Part shown: positions 56,313 to 64,000 of the stretch, piece by piece | Position numbering within the stretch: position 1 is the first letter of the stretch | Layout: each line of letters begins with the position of its first letter | The notes under the pieces: generated by a model | What the model was told of the DNA's origin: nothing | The model's input: the letters and a program-made list of their open reading frames with translations, nothing else | Database searches by the model: none | Translations under genes and position numbers: made by a program | NCBI GenBank assembly: GCA_017434455.1 | Contig: JAFRFG010000012.1 | Coordinates: forward strand, 43,688-107,687 | Direction of reading: 5' to 3' | Length of the DNA stretch: 64,000 bases | Source of the DNA: Thermoguttaceae bacterium | GTDB lineage: Bacteria > Planctomycetota > Planctomycetia > Pirellulales > Thermoguttaceae

Positions 56313-56333
56313 TATAAGGAGCGATAAGAGACT

Positions 56334-56729
56334 ATGACTACTGATCCTGTTGCCGATATGCTGACCCGCATCCGTAACGCTCTGAAGGTGGAGCGTGTGG
56401 CTGTGTCGATCCCCTACTCCCGGCTGAAGAGCCAGGTCGCCGACGTTCTCAAGCGCGAGGGTTACATTTGGGAATACGAAGTTCAGGGGGAAGGGAAGTA
56501 TCGTTCCATCAATATCCTTCTGAAGTACGGTGCCAACGGCGAGTGCGTCATCCAGCGAATCCGTAAAATCAGCAAGCCCGGACGCCGTTACTACTGCGGT
56601 CCGAAAGACCTGCAGCCGGTCCTCGGCGGCCTTGGAATCCGTGTGCTGAGCACCAACAAGGGGGTGATCAGCGATCGTGAAGCCCGCGACCAGAACGTTG
56701 GCGGCGAGGTTCTCTGCGAGGTCTGGTGA
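56334..56729 (+). CDS. rpsH: 30S ribosomal protein S8
   Basis: MTTDPVADMLTRIRNALKVERVAVSIPYSRLK.. Confidence 0.95.
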   Translation: MTTDPVADMLTRIRNALKVERVAVSIPYSRLKSQVADVLKREGYIWEYEVQGEGKYRSINILLKYGANGECVIQRIRKISKPGRRYYCGPKDLQPVLGGLGIRVLSTNKGVISDREARDQNVGGEVLCEVW

Positions 56730-56903
56730 TTTCGCGCTTCCCCGGGTTGTTTTTCACAAGAACGATAACAGAAAACGCCCATTGATCCCGCAGTTGGTAC
56801 TGCTGTCCGGCCCAAGAGCGGCGCAGCGCAAGCCGGGTTTAAGTACCGATTCCGCCAAAGTGCGGGGGGTGTTTTTCCCAATAGAATTTTATCAGGTGGA
56901 ATA

Positions 56904-57452
56904 ATGTCAAGAATTGGAAAAAAGCCGGTTGTCGTCCCCGACGGCGTCACCGTCGCGGTCAATGGTAACGAAGTCTCGGTGAAGGGCCCCAAAGGGGAAC
57001 TGACCCAGGTCTTCCGTCCCGAGGTGGGTGTCACCTTCGACGCCGACAAAAAGCAGATTCTGGTGGAGCAGCTCGATCAGACCCGTACCGGGAACGCGAT
57101 GCACGGCCTGTTCCGCGCCCTGATTCAAAATATGGTCGTCGGCGTTACCTCCGGATACGAGAAAAAGCTCGAGATCTTCGGTACCGGCTACCTGATGGCC
57201 GTCGCCGGCGATACCCTCCAGGTCCGCGCCGGTTTCGCCAACGAGATTCACAAGAAGATCCCGACCGGCCTGAAGGTCGTCTGCCCCGATCAGCAGCACG
57301 TCACCATCACCGGCTGCGACAAGCAGATGGTCGGTCAGTTCGCCGCCGAAGTGCGCGCCATCCGCAAGGCCGAGCCGTACCTGGGCAAAGGGCTCAAGTA
57401 CGAGGGCGAGGTCATTCGCCGCAAGGAAAGCAAGGCGGCCGGAAAGAAATAA
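56904..57452 (+). CDS. rplF: 50S ribosomal protein L6
   Basis: MSRIGKKPVVVPDGVTVAVNGNEVSVKGPKGEL.. Confidence 0.95.
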   Translation: MSRIGKKPVVVPDGVTVAVNGNEVSVKGPKGELTQVFRPEVGVTFDADKKQILVEQLDQTRTGNAMHGLFRALIQNMVVGVTSGYEKKLEIFGTGYLMAVAGDTLQVRAGFANEIHKKIPTGLKVVCPDQQHVTITGCDKQMVGQFAAEVRAIRKAEPYLGKGLKYEGEVIRRKESKAAGKK

Positions 57453-57490
57453 ACTCTGCCGAGCATTGGCTCGGCGCTTGAAAAAGCGGG

Positions 57491-57518
57491 TAGACATGAG
57501 ACCTTTCTCTGGTAGAAT
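57491..57518 (+). promoter_or_regulatory. sigma70-like internal promoter candidate in the 198-nt rplF-rplR spacer
   Basis: TAGACA-N16-TAGAAT, with TG 1 nt upstream of the -10 box. Confidence 0.3.
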
Positions 57519-57650
57519 GGCGTTTTATGTCTATCTCACCGGCCTTGATATCGCAGGGCCGATGCCGCGGCCGAAGCGGTGCTTTTTTGAGCTTCGCTTT
57601 ACAGAGCGTATACCGTCGCTCGCTAAGTTAAAGATAATTGGAGTGAAACC

Positions 57651-58097
57651 GTGAGAAAGCAAAAACGTTTGAATCGACAGCGTCGGGTCCGCAAGTTCCG
57701 CGTCACGAACGCCGTGAAGCGTCACACCGATCGGATGCGTCTTTCTGTCTTCCGAAGCGCGAAGCACATCTACGCCCAGATCATCGACGACCAGGTTCAC
57801 AAGACCGTGGCCGCCGCCAGTTCGGTCGAGAAGGCCTTTAAGGCGCTGGGCAAGTCCGGCGGGAACTGTGAAGGGGCGGCCGTCATCGGCCAGTTGATCG
57901 CCGAGCGCGCCAAAGCCGCCAACGTCACCGAAGCGGCGCTGGACCGCAGCGGTCACAAGTATCACGGCCGCGTCAAGGCGCTGGCCGACGCCGCCCGCGA
58001 CGCCGGTCTGGATCTCGGCGCCAAGCCGGCTGCCGAGGAAGCCGCCCCGGCCAAGGGCGGGAAGGGTTCCGCCAAGGGAGCGAAGGCAAAGAAATAG
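57651..58097 (+). CDS. rplR: 50S ribosomal protein L18 (with an Ala/Lys-rich C-terminal extension)
   Basis: GTG start after GGAG. ..RLSVFRSAKHIYAQIIDD..LDRSGHKYHGRVKALADAARDAGL. Confidence 0.93.
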   Translation: MRKQKRLNRQRRVRKFRVTNAVKRHTDRMRLSVFRSAKHIYAQIIDDQVHKTVAAASSVEKAFKALGKSGGNCEGAAVIGQLIAERAKAANVTEAALDRSGHKYHGRVKALADAARDAGLDLGAKPAAEEAAPAKGGKGSAKGAKAKK

Positions 58098-58191
58098 TAC
58101 AGCCGCCTTATCTCAGGCGGCCGATGGGGCTTCACGGCTCTTGAAGGTGCACAAAACAACCGATCAACCGATCAGCAAAGAGTGTTAAAAT

Positions 58192-58680
58192 ATGTCAAGT
58201 GATAGAACTCAGGAAGACAGTAAGCAGATCGAGAAGCTTGTGAAAGTTCGCCGTTGCGCGGCAACCGTCAAGGGCGGTCGTCGATTCAGCTTCGCGGCGC
58301 TGGTCGTTGTCGGCGACGGCAGGGGCAAGGTCGCGTGGGGCTACGGCAAAGCTAACGAGGTTCCCCCCTCCGTCGCGAAGGCGACGACGGACGGTACCCG
58401 CAAGCTGACCAGCGTTCGTCTGGATGGTTCCACCATTCCGCACGAGGTCATCGGGACCTTCGGCGCGACGAAAGTCGTCCTGATCCCCGCCCGTCCCGGT
58501 ACCGGTGTGATCGCCGGAGCCGCCGTGCGCGCCGTCTGCGAGGCGTGCGGCATCCACGATATTCTGACGAAGAGCTACGGCAGCACGAATCCGACGAACC
58601 TTGTCAAGGCGACCGTCGACGCTCTGTATAGTCTCCGTTCGAAAGAGGACGTCATGAAACTCAGAGGAGTGAACCTGTAA
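58192..58680 (+). CDS. rpsE: 30S ribosomal protein S5
   Basis: ..[44 protein letters not shown]... Confidence 0.95.
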   Translation: MSSDRTQEDSKQIEKLVKVRRCAATVKGGRRFSFAALVVVGDGRGKVAWGYGKANEVPPSVAKATTDGTRKLTSVRLDGSTIPHEVIGTFGATKVVLIPARPGTGVIAGAAVRAVCEACGIHDILTKSYGSTNPTNLVKATVDALYSLRSKEDVMKLRGVNL

Positions 58681-59204
58681 TGAGCGAAAACAACGAGCGA
58701 ATTGCCAATATTACCGACGCCAATACCGGCGTTCAGAAACATCGTCGTCCCAATCGCGTTGGCCGCGGTCCCGGCAGCGGTGCCGGCAAGACGGCCGCCC
58801 GCGGTATGAACGGTCAGGGTTCCCGTGCCGGTTTCTCGCTTTCGGCCGCGTTCGAAGGCGGTCAGATGCCGGTCGCCCGCCGTATTCCGAAGCGCGGTTT
58901 CAATAACAAGCGCTTCGCCGACAAGGTCTCGAGCGTCACCCTCCAGCTGATCGCCGCCAATATCAATCCGGCCGACGAGGTCACCCCCGAGCTGCTTCGG
59001 GCCAAGGGGATCGTCGCGGCGCGCGACGGCTATGTCAAGGTGATCGGCAATGACGAGCTTCCGGGCGCCTACACCGTGAAGGCGCACGCGGTCAGCAAGG
59101 GGGCCCAGGCGGCCATCGAAAAGGCGGGCGGAAAGGTGGAGCTGCTTCCCCGCAAGAAGCCCGTGGTGAAAAACAAGATGCGGACGAAGGTCAAGAAGGC
59201 CTAA
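58680..59204 (+). CDS. rplO: 50S ribosomal protein L15
   Basis: ..RVGRGPGSGAGKTAARGMNGQGSRAG... Its start overlaps the rpsE stop (TAATG), so no L30 gene lies between them. Confidence 0.93.
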   Translation: MSENNERIANITDANTGVQKHRRPNRVGRGPGSGAGKTAARGMNGQGSRAGFSLSAAFEGGQMPVARRIPKRGFNNKRFADKVSSVTLQLIAANINPADEVTPELLRAKGIVAARDGYVKVIGNDELPGAYTVKAHAVSKGAQAAIEKAGGKVELLPRKKPVVKNKMRTKVKKA

Positions 59205-59225
59205 CCGTTCGGAAGGATACGGAAG

Positions 59226-59265
59226 ATTCAGCAGTCGGCCAGAGATTTCGACTGCTGAATTTTTG
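59226..59265 (+). terminator. strong hairpin plus short T-run between rplO and secY (terminator/attenuator-like)
   Basis: attcagcagtcg-N11-cgactgctgaat: a 12-bp perfect stem followed by ttttg. Confidence 0.5.
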
Positions 59266-59307
59266 TAGGAACCGTTTCTCCTAGGCGGAAATTCGAGGAA
59301 TAGACAG

Positions 59308-60690
59308 ATGTTTGAAAAAATTCGCATCATGTTCTCTATCACCGAGCTGAGAAAAAAGATTCTCCTCACGCTCGGTCTTTTGGCTGTCTATCGTCTTGGT
59401 TGGAATATCTTCCTGCCTATGGTCAACGAGCAAGGGCTTCACGCGACGCTGGCCGGCGGCAATTTCGCCGACCTCCTCAACCGCGTCGCCGTCTTCAGCG
59501 GTACCCAGCTCGACAACATGACGATCTTCGGCCTCGGAATCATGCCCTACATTTCGGCGTCGATTATCTTCCAGCTGCTCGGTACGGTCTGGGCCCCTCT
59601 GGAGAAACTCCAGAAGGAGGGGGAGAGCGGAAGAAAGAAGATCAACGAATATACCCGTTACGCGACGATCGCGATCTGCGTGCTGCAGAGTTACCTCTAT
59701 GTCGGGATGCTCAACTCGCAGGCGGTCTCTCAGATGCAGGAACACGGCACGCAGACGACGTTCCTCGCCTCGTGCGTGGGGCCGACCGGCCAGCTGACCT
59801 TCGGCTGGCTGTGGCTGGCGGTTTTGATTATGACCACCGGCAGCGCGTTTTTGATGTGGCTCGGGGAGCAGATCGACGAGTACGGCATCGGCAACGGTAT
59901 CAGCTTGCTGATTATGGCCGGTATTTTGGCCCGCGCCCCGAGTGCCTTCACCGAGCTGTGGAAGCTGGCCTCGAACAACGACGGCCAGACCCTTGACAAC
60001 GTCGGGACGGTGGCGATTTTAATTATCCTCTTCGTCCTGGTTGTGATCGGGGTGGTCTTTGTGACCAAGGGACAGCGCCAGATCCCGACGCAGAGCGCCA
60101 AGCACGTGCGCGGCCGCCAGGTCTTCGGCGGTACCCGCCAGTATCTGCCGCTGCGCGTCAACCAGGCGGGCGTCATGCCGATCATCTTCGCCAGCAGTCT
60201 TCTGCTCTTCCCGCAGTTCCTCTTCACCTGGCTGGCTCAGGGGGCCGACCCCACCACCGGCTGGGGGAAGTTCTGCTACGTCTGCAACAACATCTTCAGC
60301 CGCGGCAATTCCTATCTCTATGTCCTCATGGAGATTGCCCTGATCTTCTTCTTCTGCTACTTCTGGACGGCGGTGACGTTCAACCCGAAGGATATGGCGG
60401 AGAACCTCAAGAATCACGGTTCGTTCATCATGGGACACCGCGCCGGCAGCCGGACGGCCGACTACCTCGAGAAGGTGATGATCCGCATCACCTACGTCGG
60501 CGCCGCCTTCCTGGCGATCATCGCGATCGTTCCGACGATCATCACCGCGACGATGGGGGTCGACTACATTGTCGCCGGGTTCTTCGGCGGCACCAGTTTG
60601 CTGATCGCCGTCAGCGTGGTGATTGACCTGGTCGAGAAGATCGACGCGCACTTGATTATGCGCAACTACAAGGGGATGCTCGAGAAGTAG
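59308..60690 (+). CDS. secY: preprotein translocase subunit SecY
   Basis: 460 aa, 10 TM-like segments, ..FGLGIMPYISASIIFQLL... Confidence 0.95.
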   Translation: MFEKIRIMFSITELRKKILLTLGLLAVYRLGWNIFLPMVNEQGLHATLAGGNFADLLNRVAVFSGTQLDNMTIFGLGIMPYISASIIFQLLGTVWAPLEKLQKEGESGRKKINEYTRYATIAICVLQSYLYVGMLNSQAVSQMQEHGTQTTFLASCVGPTGQLTFGWLWLAVLIMTTGSAFLMWLGEQIDEYGIGNGISLLIMAGILARAPSAFTELWKLASNNDGQTLDNVGTVAILIILFVLVVIGVVFVTKGQRQIPTQSAKHVRGRQVFGGTRQYLPLRVNQAGVMPIIFASSLLLFPQFLFTWLAQGADPTTGWGKFCYVCNNIFSRGNSYLYVLMEIALIFFFCYFWTAVTFNPKDMAENLKNHGSFIMGHRAGSRTADYLEKVMIRITYVGAAFLAIIAIVPTIITATMGVDYIVAGFFGGTSLLIAVSVVIDLVEKIDAHLIMRNYKGMLEK

Positions 60691-60717
60691 TCGAACTTCC
60701 TTTTATGGCTGCCCGTC

Positions 60718-60743
60718 AAGCCCCCCACCCGCGTGGGGGGCTT
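60718..60743 (+). other. GC-rich hairpin after secY (no U-tract)
   Basis: aagcccccca-cccgcg-tggggggctt: a 10-bp stem. Confidence 0.4.
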
Positions 60744-60772
60744 AATGTTCAATATCAAAAGAGGAAAACCCA

Positions 60773-61369
60773 ATGGGAATGAAAGTCGTCTTTGTCGGTC
60801 CCCCGGGAGCGGGTAAGGGAACTCAGGCCGAGAATATCGTCAAGAAGTACGGTCTTCTCCATCTGTCCACCGGCGATATGCTTCGCGCCGCCCGCGACGC
60901 GAAGACCCCGGTCGGTCTGGAAGCCGAAAAGTACATGTCGGCCGGTCAGCTGGTTCCCGACGAGGTGATCATCAAGGTCATCGTCGAGCGTCTGGCTCAG
61001 CCCGACGCCGAGCGCGGCTACCTCCTCGACGGTTTCCCGCGGACGGTCGTCCAGGCCGAAGAGCTCGATAAGTCGCTCGCCGCCAAGGGGGAGAAGCTCG
61101 ATGTCATCCTCCATCTGGCGGTCTTCGATACCGAAGAGGAAGAGACCAAAGAGCTGGTCCGCCGTTTGGTGGAGCGCGGCCGCACCAGCGGACGCAGCGA
61201 CGATACCGAGGAGGTGATTCGTCAGCGCCTCGATGTCTATCACAAGCAGACCGCCCCGCTGATCGACTACTACAAAAAGTCGGGCAATCTGGTGAAGATT
61301 CAAGGGGAGAAGTCGATCCCCGAGGTCGCCGCGCAGGTCGAGTCGATCCTCGACAAGATCAAGGCGTAG
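60773..61369 (+). CDS. adk: adenylate kinase (short-lid form)
   Basis: MGMKVVFVGPPGAGKGTQAENIVKKYGLLHLSTGDMLR.. Confidence 0.95.
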   Translation: MGMKVVFVGPPGAGKGTQAENIVKKYGLLHLSTGDMLRAARDAKTPVGLEAEKYMSAGQLVPDEVIIKVIVERLAQPDAERGYLLDGFPRTVVQAEELDKSLAAKGEKLDVILHLAVFDTEEEETKELVRRLVERGRTSGRSDDTEEVIRQRLDVYHKQTAPLIDYYKKSGNLVKIQGEKSIPEVAAQVESILDKIKA

Positions 61370-61503
61370 GTTTTCATTCAAGCGTGGGGGTTACCGTTTT
61401 CGGCGCAGACGCCTTTAAACAGGAGTGTCCTTAAACGGGACCCTCCATAAACAGGGGGATCCCGAAACAGGAGCGTTTCGCTCTTGTGCGGCGGGATGGC
61501 AAT

Positions 61504-62334
61504 ATGATCTCTTTCAAGACGGAACGTGAGATTTACGCGATGCGCAAAGCCGGGCTGCTGGTCTGGTGCGCGCATCAGGTGGTCGCCAAGACGATTCGTC
61601 CCGGCCTGACCACCCGCGAGCTCGACGCCGCCATGGATAATTTCTTCATGGCCAACGGGGCGGTTCCCTGCTTTAAGGGGGTTCCGGGGGTGATCCCCTA
61701 TCCGGCGGCGTCCTGCATTTCGATCAACGAGCAGGTGGTTCACGCGATCCCGAACGACCGCAAGATCGAAGAGGGAGATATTGTCAGCGTCGACACCGGC
61801 TGCAAAATCGACGGCTGGTGCGGCGACGCGGCCGACACCTACCTGGTCGGAACGGTCGATCGCGAGTCTAAGCGCCTGGTCGACGTGACGCGCGAGGCGC
61901 TGAACATCGCCATCGAGCGGCTCGGCCACGCGAAGTACTGGAGCGACATCGCCCGGCAGATGGAGCGCTACGTCAAAAAGAGCGGGTTCTCGGTCGTCGA
62001 GGTCTTCGTCGGCCACGGGATCGGCCGCAATATGCACGAAGAGCCGCAGGTGCCGAACTACGTCTACAGCAGTTTTCTGCGCCACGGCGATTTCCCGATC
62101 CGCCCGGGGCTGTGCATCGCGGTCGAGCCGATGGTCAACGCCGGAACGAAACGCGTCTGCCAGGGGAGCGACGGCTGGGCGATCCTTACCGGCGACGGGA
62201 AGCGCAGCGCCCATATCGAACATTCGATCGGGATCCTCAAAAGCGGCCCCATGGTTTTGACCGGACCGCCGATCACCGATGAGGAAAAGCAAATGGTTCA
62301 GGCGTTTTTTGAAAAGGGCGGCATCCCAAAATAG
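61504..62334 (+). CDS. map: type I methionine aminopeptidase
   Basis: MISFKTEREIYAMRKAG..VHAIP..DTGCKIDGWCGD..GHGIGRNMHEEP... The ATG at 61504 is preferred over the track's GTG at 61486. Confidence 0.92.
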   Translation: MISFKTEREIYAMRKAGLLVWCAHQVVAKTIRPGLTTRELDAAMDNFFMANGAVPCFKGVPGVIPYPAASCISINEQVVHAIPNDRKIEEGDIVSVDTGCKIDGWCGDAADTYLVGTVDRESKRLVDVTREALNIAIERLGHAKYWSDIARQMERYVKKSGFSVVEVFVGHGIGRNMHEEPQVPNYVYSSFLRHGDFPIRPGLCIAVEPMVNAGTKRVCQGSDGWAILTGDGKRSAHIEHSIGILKSGPMVLTGPPITDEEKQMVQAFFEKGGIPK

Positions 62335-62411
62335 CGGCCGCGTCGGTTGTTTTTCCCCGGCCGCATGAGAAAAAACCGGGAAAATCCCGAAAGTTTTAAA
62401 AATTCGCCCCC

Positions 62412-62439
62412 TTGGCAAAAGATCGCCAGCATATATAAT
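62412..62439 (+). promoter_or_regulatory. near-consensus sigma70-like promoter upstream of rpmJ-rpsM-rpsK-rpsD
   Basis: TTGGCA-N16-TATAAT, about 215 nt upstream of the rpmJ ATG. Confidence 0.45.
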
Positions 62440-62654
62440 CACTCCCTTGATAGTAGATTGGTCAATAATCGCTATTTCTACTAGGGGATCTATAAGCACC
62501 AGGCAAGCCGGCCAGCACCGCGAAATCACGCGCGAGCGCAGTATGCCAAAAGGTCAAAAACCTGTCAAGATCGGTTTTTGAGCGGCGGCTTATCGGCGCG
62601 TCGGCGGCGAACAGGCAAGCCGAGAGCAGAGAAAAACCAGATGAGGTTATAAAA

Positions 62655-62768
62655 ATGAAAGTCCGGGCCAGCGTCAAACGTATTTGCGAAAACTGCAAGG
62701 TGGTCAAGCGCAAGGGGCGCGTTTACGTCATTTGCAGCAACCCCCGCCACAAGCAGCGCCAGGGTTGA
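62655..62768 (+). CDS. rpmJ: 50S ribosomal protein L36
   Basis: Translated by hand: [37 protein letters not shown] (37 aa). It is too short for the ORF track and sits in the conserved position before rpsM. Confidence 0.92.
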   Translation: MKVRASVKRICENCKVVKRKGRVYVICSNPRHKQRQG

Positions 62769-62816
62769 TTTTTCACCTCCGTCATCCTTCCATAACATTC
62801 CGCAGGAGAAGCAAGA

Positions 62817-63200
62817 ATGCCGCGTTTATTGGGTGTTGATATTCCGAACAATCGTCCGACGGCTGTCTCTTTGACCTATCTGTACGGGGTTGGCCCGCGA
62901 ATTGCCGCCGAACTTTGCCGAAAGGCCGGTGTCAATCCAACAGCTCGCGCCAAAGACCTCAAAGAAGACGAAGTCGCCCGTCTGGCCGCCCTTCTCGACA
63001 ACGACTACACCGTCGAGGGGGCCCTTCGCCGTCAGGTCGCTCAAGACATTGCTCACCTTCGTGAGATCGGCTGCTACCGCGGTCTGCGTCACCGCAAGGG
63101 CCTTCCGGTCCGCGGTCAGCGCACCCGCACCAACGCCCGTACCCGCAAGGGGCCCAAAAAGACCGTCGCCGGGAAGAAGGGCGTCAAGGACCTGCGGTAA
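62817..63200 (+). CDS. rpsM: 30S ribosomal protein S13
   Basis: MPRLLGVDIPNNRPTAVSLTYLYGVGPRIA.. Confidence 0.95.
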   Translation: MPRLLGVDIPNNRPTAVSLTYLYGVGPRIAAELCRKAGVNPTARAKDLKEDEVARLAALLDNDYTVEGALRRQVAQDIAHLREIGCYRGLRHRKGLPVRGQRTRTNARTRKGPKKTVAGKKGVKDLR

Positions 63201-63355
63201 CACGGCGGGGTTTCGTTCCTTAGGGCGGGCGCTTTAAGGAACGTTTCCCAAGTCCATCACCGGCGGGTCGGTTTTGACGCGACCGGTTTTTAACCAAGCA
63301 AAAACAGCGCGACAAATACGTCGAGCGAATTCATAAACGAATCGGAGAGATAAAC

Positions 63356-63742
63356 GTGGCTAAAGCAGTAGTGAAAAAACGGAAGGTTCGGCGGTCCGTC
63401 GGCAGTGGTGTCGTTCACATCAAAGTGACGTTCAACAATACCAATGTCACCATCACTGACACCAAGGGAGACGTCCTGTGCTGGGCGACTTCCGGTACTG
63501 CCGGCTTCAAGGGAAGCCGCAAGAGTACCCCGTTCGCCGGCCAGATGGCCGCGCAGCAGGCCGCACTCAAAGCGATCAAGATGGGCATGAAGGATGTCGA
63601 AGTCCAGGTCAAGGGGCCCGGCAGTGCCCGCGATATGGCGATTCAGGCGCTGGCTCAGGCCGGTCTGAACGTCAAGTCGATCGAAGACGTCACCCCGCTG
63701 CCGCACAACGGCTGCCGTCCTCCGAAGAAGCGCCGCGGCTAA
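63356..63742 (+). CDS. rpsK: 30S ribosomal protein S11
   Basis: GTG start. ..[44 protein letters not shown]... Confidence 0.95.
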   Translation: MAKAVVKKRKVRRSVGSGVVHIKVTFNNTNVTITDTKGDVLCWATSGTAGFKGSRKSTPFAGQMAAQQAALKAIKMGMKDVEVQVKGPGSARDMAIQALAQAGLNVKSIEDVTPLPHNGCRPPKKRRG

Positions 63743-63874
63743 AACGTCCACCGGCGCGCTTTTGGTCACGGCGCGAAGCAAGCCGCGGATCGGGCGCGCC
63801 CGTGCGGGGCCCGGCAAACATGGCCACAAACGATAGAAGCATAAGAATTAACCCAGAGCGAATCGGAAAGCAAT

Positions 63875-64000
63875 ATGGCGCGAGAAACGGGATCTGTTTG
63901 TAAGAAATGTCGTCGTGAGGGGATCAAGCTGTTCCTCAAGGGTACGCGCTGCGACTCGAACGCTTGTTCGATGAAGCGCCGTGAGGGCGTTGGTCCCGGT
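63875..64000 (+). CDS. rpsD: 30S ribosomal protein S4 (N-terminal 42 codons; continues beyond the window)
   Basis: Translated by hand: [42 protein letters not shown]. It sits in the expected position after rpsK. Confidence 0.88.
   Translation, partial: MARETGSVCKKCRREGIKLFLKGTRCDSNACSMKRREGVGPG

Noticed and set aside
62543-62581. The 12-codon [15 protein letters not shown] in the rpmJ leader as a real leader peptide or an infA remnant.
   Set aside because: It has no Shine-Dalgarno sequence and no similarity to IF-1. It is too short to evaluate, so it is mentioned only as part of the leader finding.

Overview
High-GC bacterial chromosome segment. The gene content suggests a Planctomycetota-like organism: a DUF1559 prepilin-like protein, CxxCH-x6-GGL cytochrome motifs, many twin-arginine signal peptides and extended ribosomal proteins. 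This taxonomic call is inference only. The window splits into three parts. (1) About 1-19.1 kb looks accessory and recombination-prone. It holds a PglX/Eco57I-like N6-adenine methyltransferase that is cut by the window edge and absent from the ORF track. It also holds a tandemly duplicated TAT-exported aldo/keto reductase, a 1.69k-aa single-polypeptide Type ISP-like restriction-modification enzyme with a low-GC patch in its specificity region, and two tandem paralogs of a secreted beta-propeller/c-type cytochrome. A ~370-430 bp repeat of unknown function occurs three times between these co-directional genes. (2) About 19-48 kb is mostly housekeeping: sirtuin, rpsB-tsf-pyrH-frr, S41 and rhomboid proteases, an MFS sugar porter, a sulfate ABC operon coupled to dapF, a MenA-like prenyltransferase plus radical-SAM pair, der, tmk and a ketoacyl synthase lacking its catalytic residues. 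(3) 48.8-64 kb is the S10-spc-alpha ribosomal cluster, rpsJ to rpsD. It has no L30 or infA and carries unusually long, repeat-bearing spacers. No rRNA, tRNA, CRISPR array or transposase was recognised. The most interesting unexplained item is the three-copy intergenic element. I found no clearly novel multi-gene system. Most long antisense ORFs in the track are high-GC mirror artefacts. Coordinates of non-coding features may be off by 1-2 nt.
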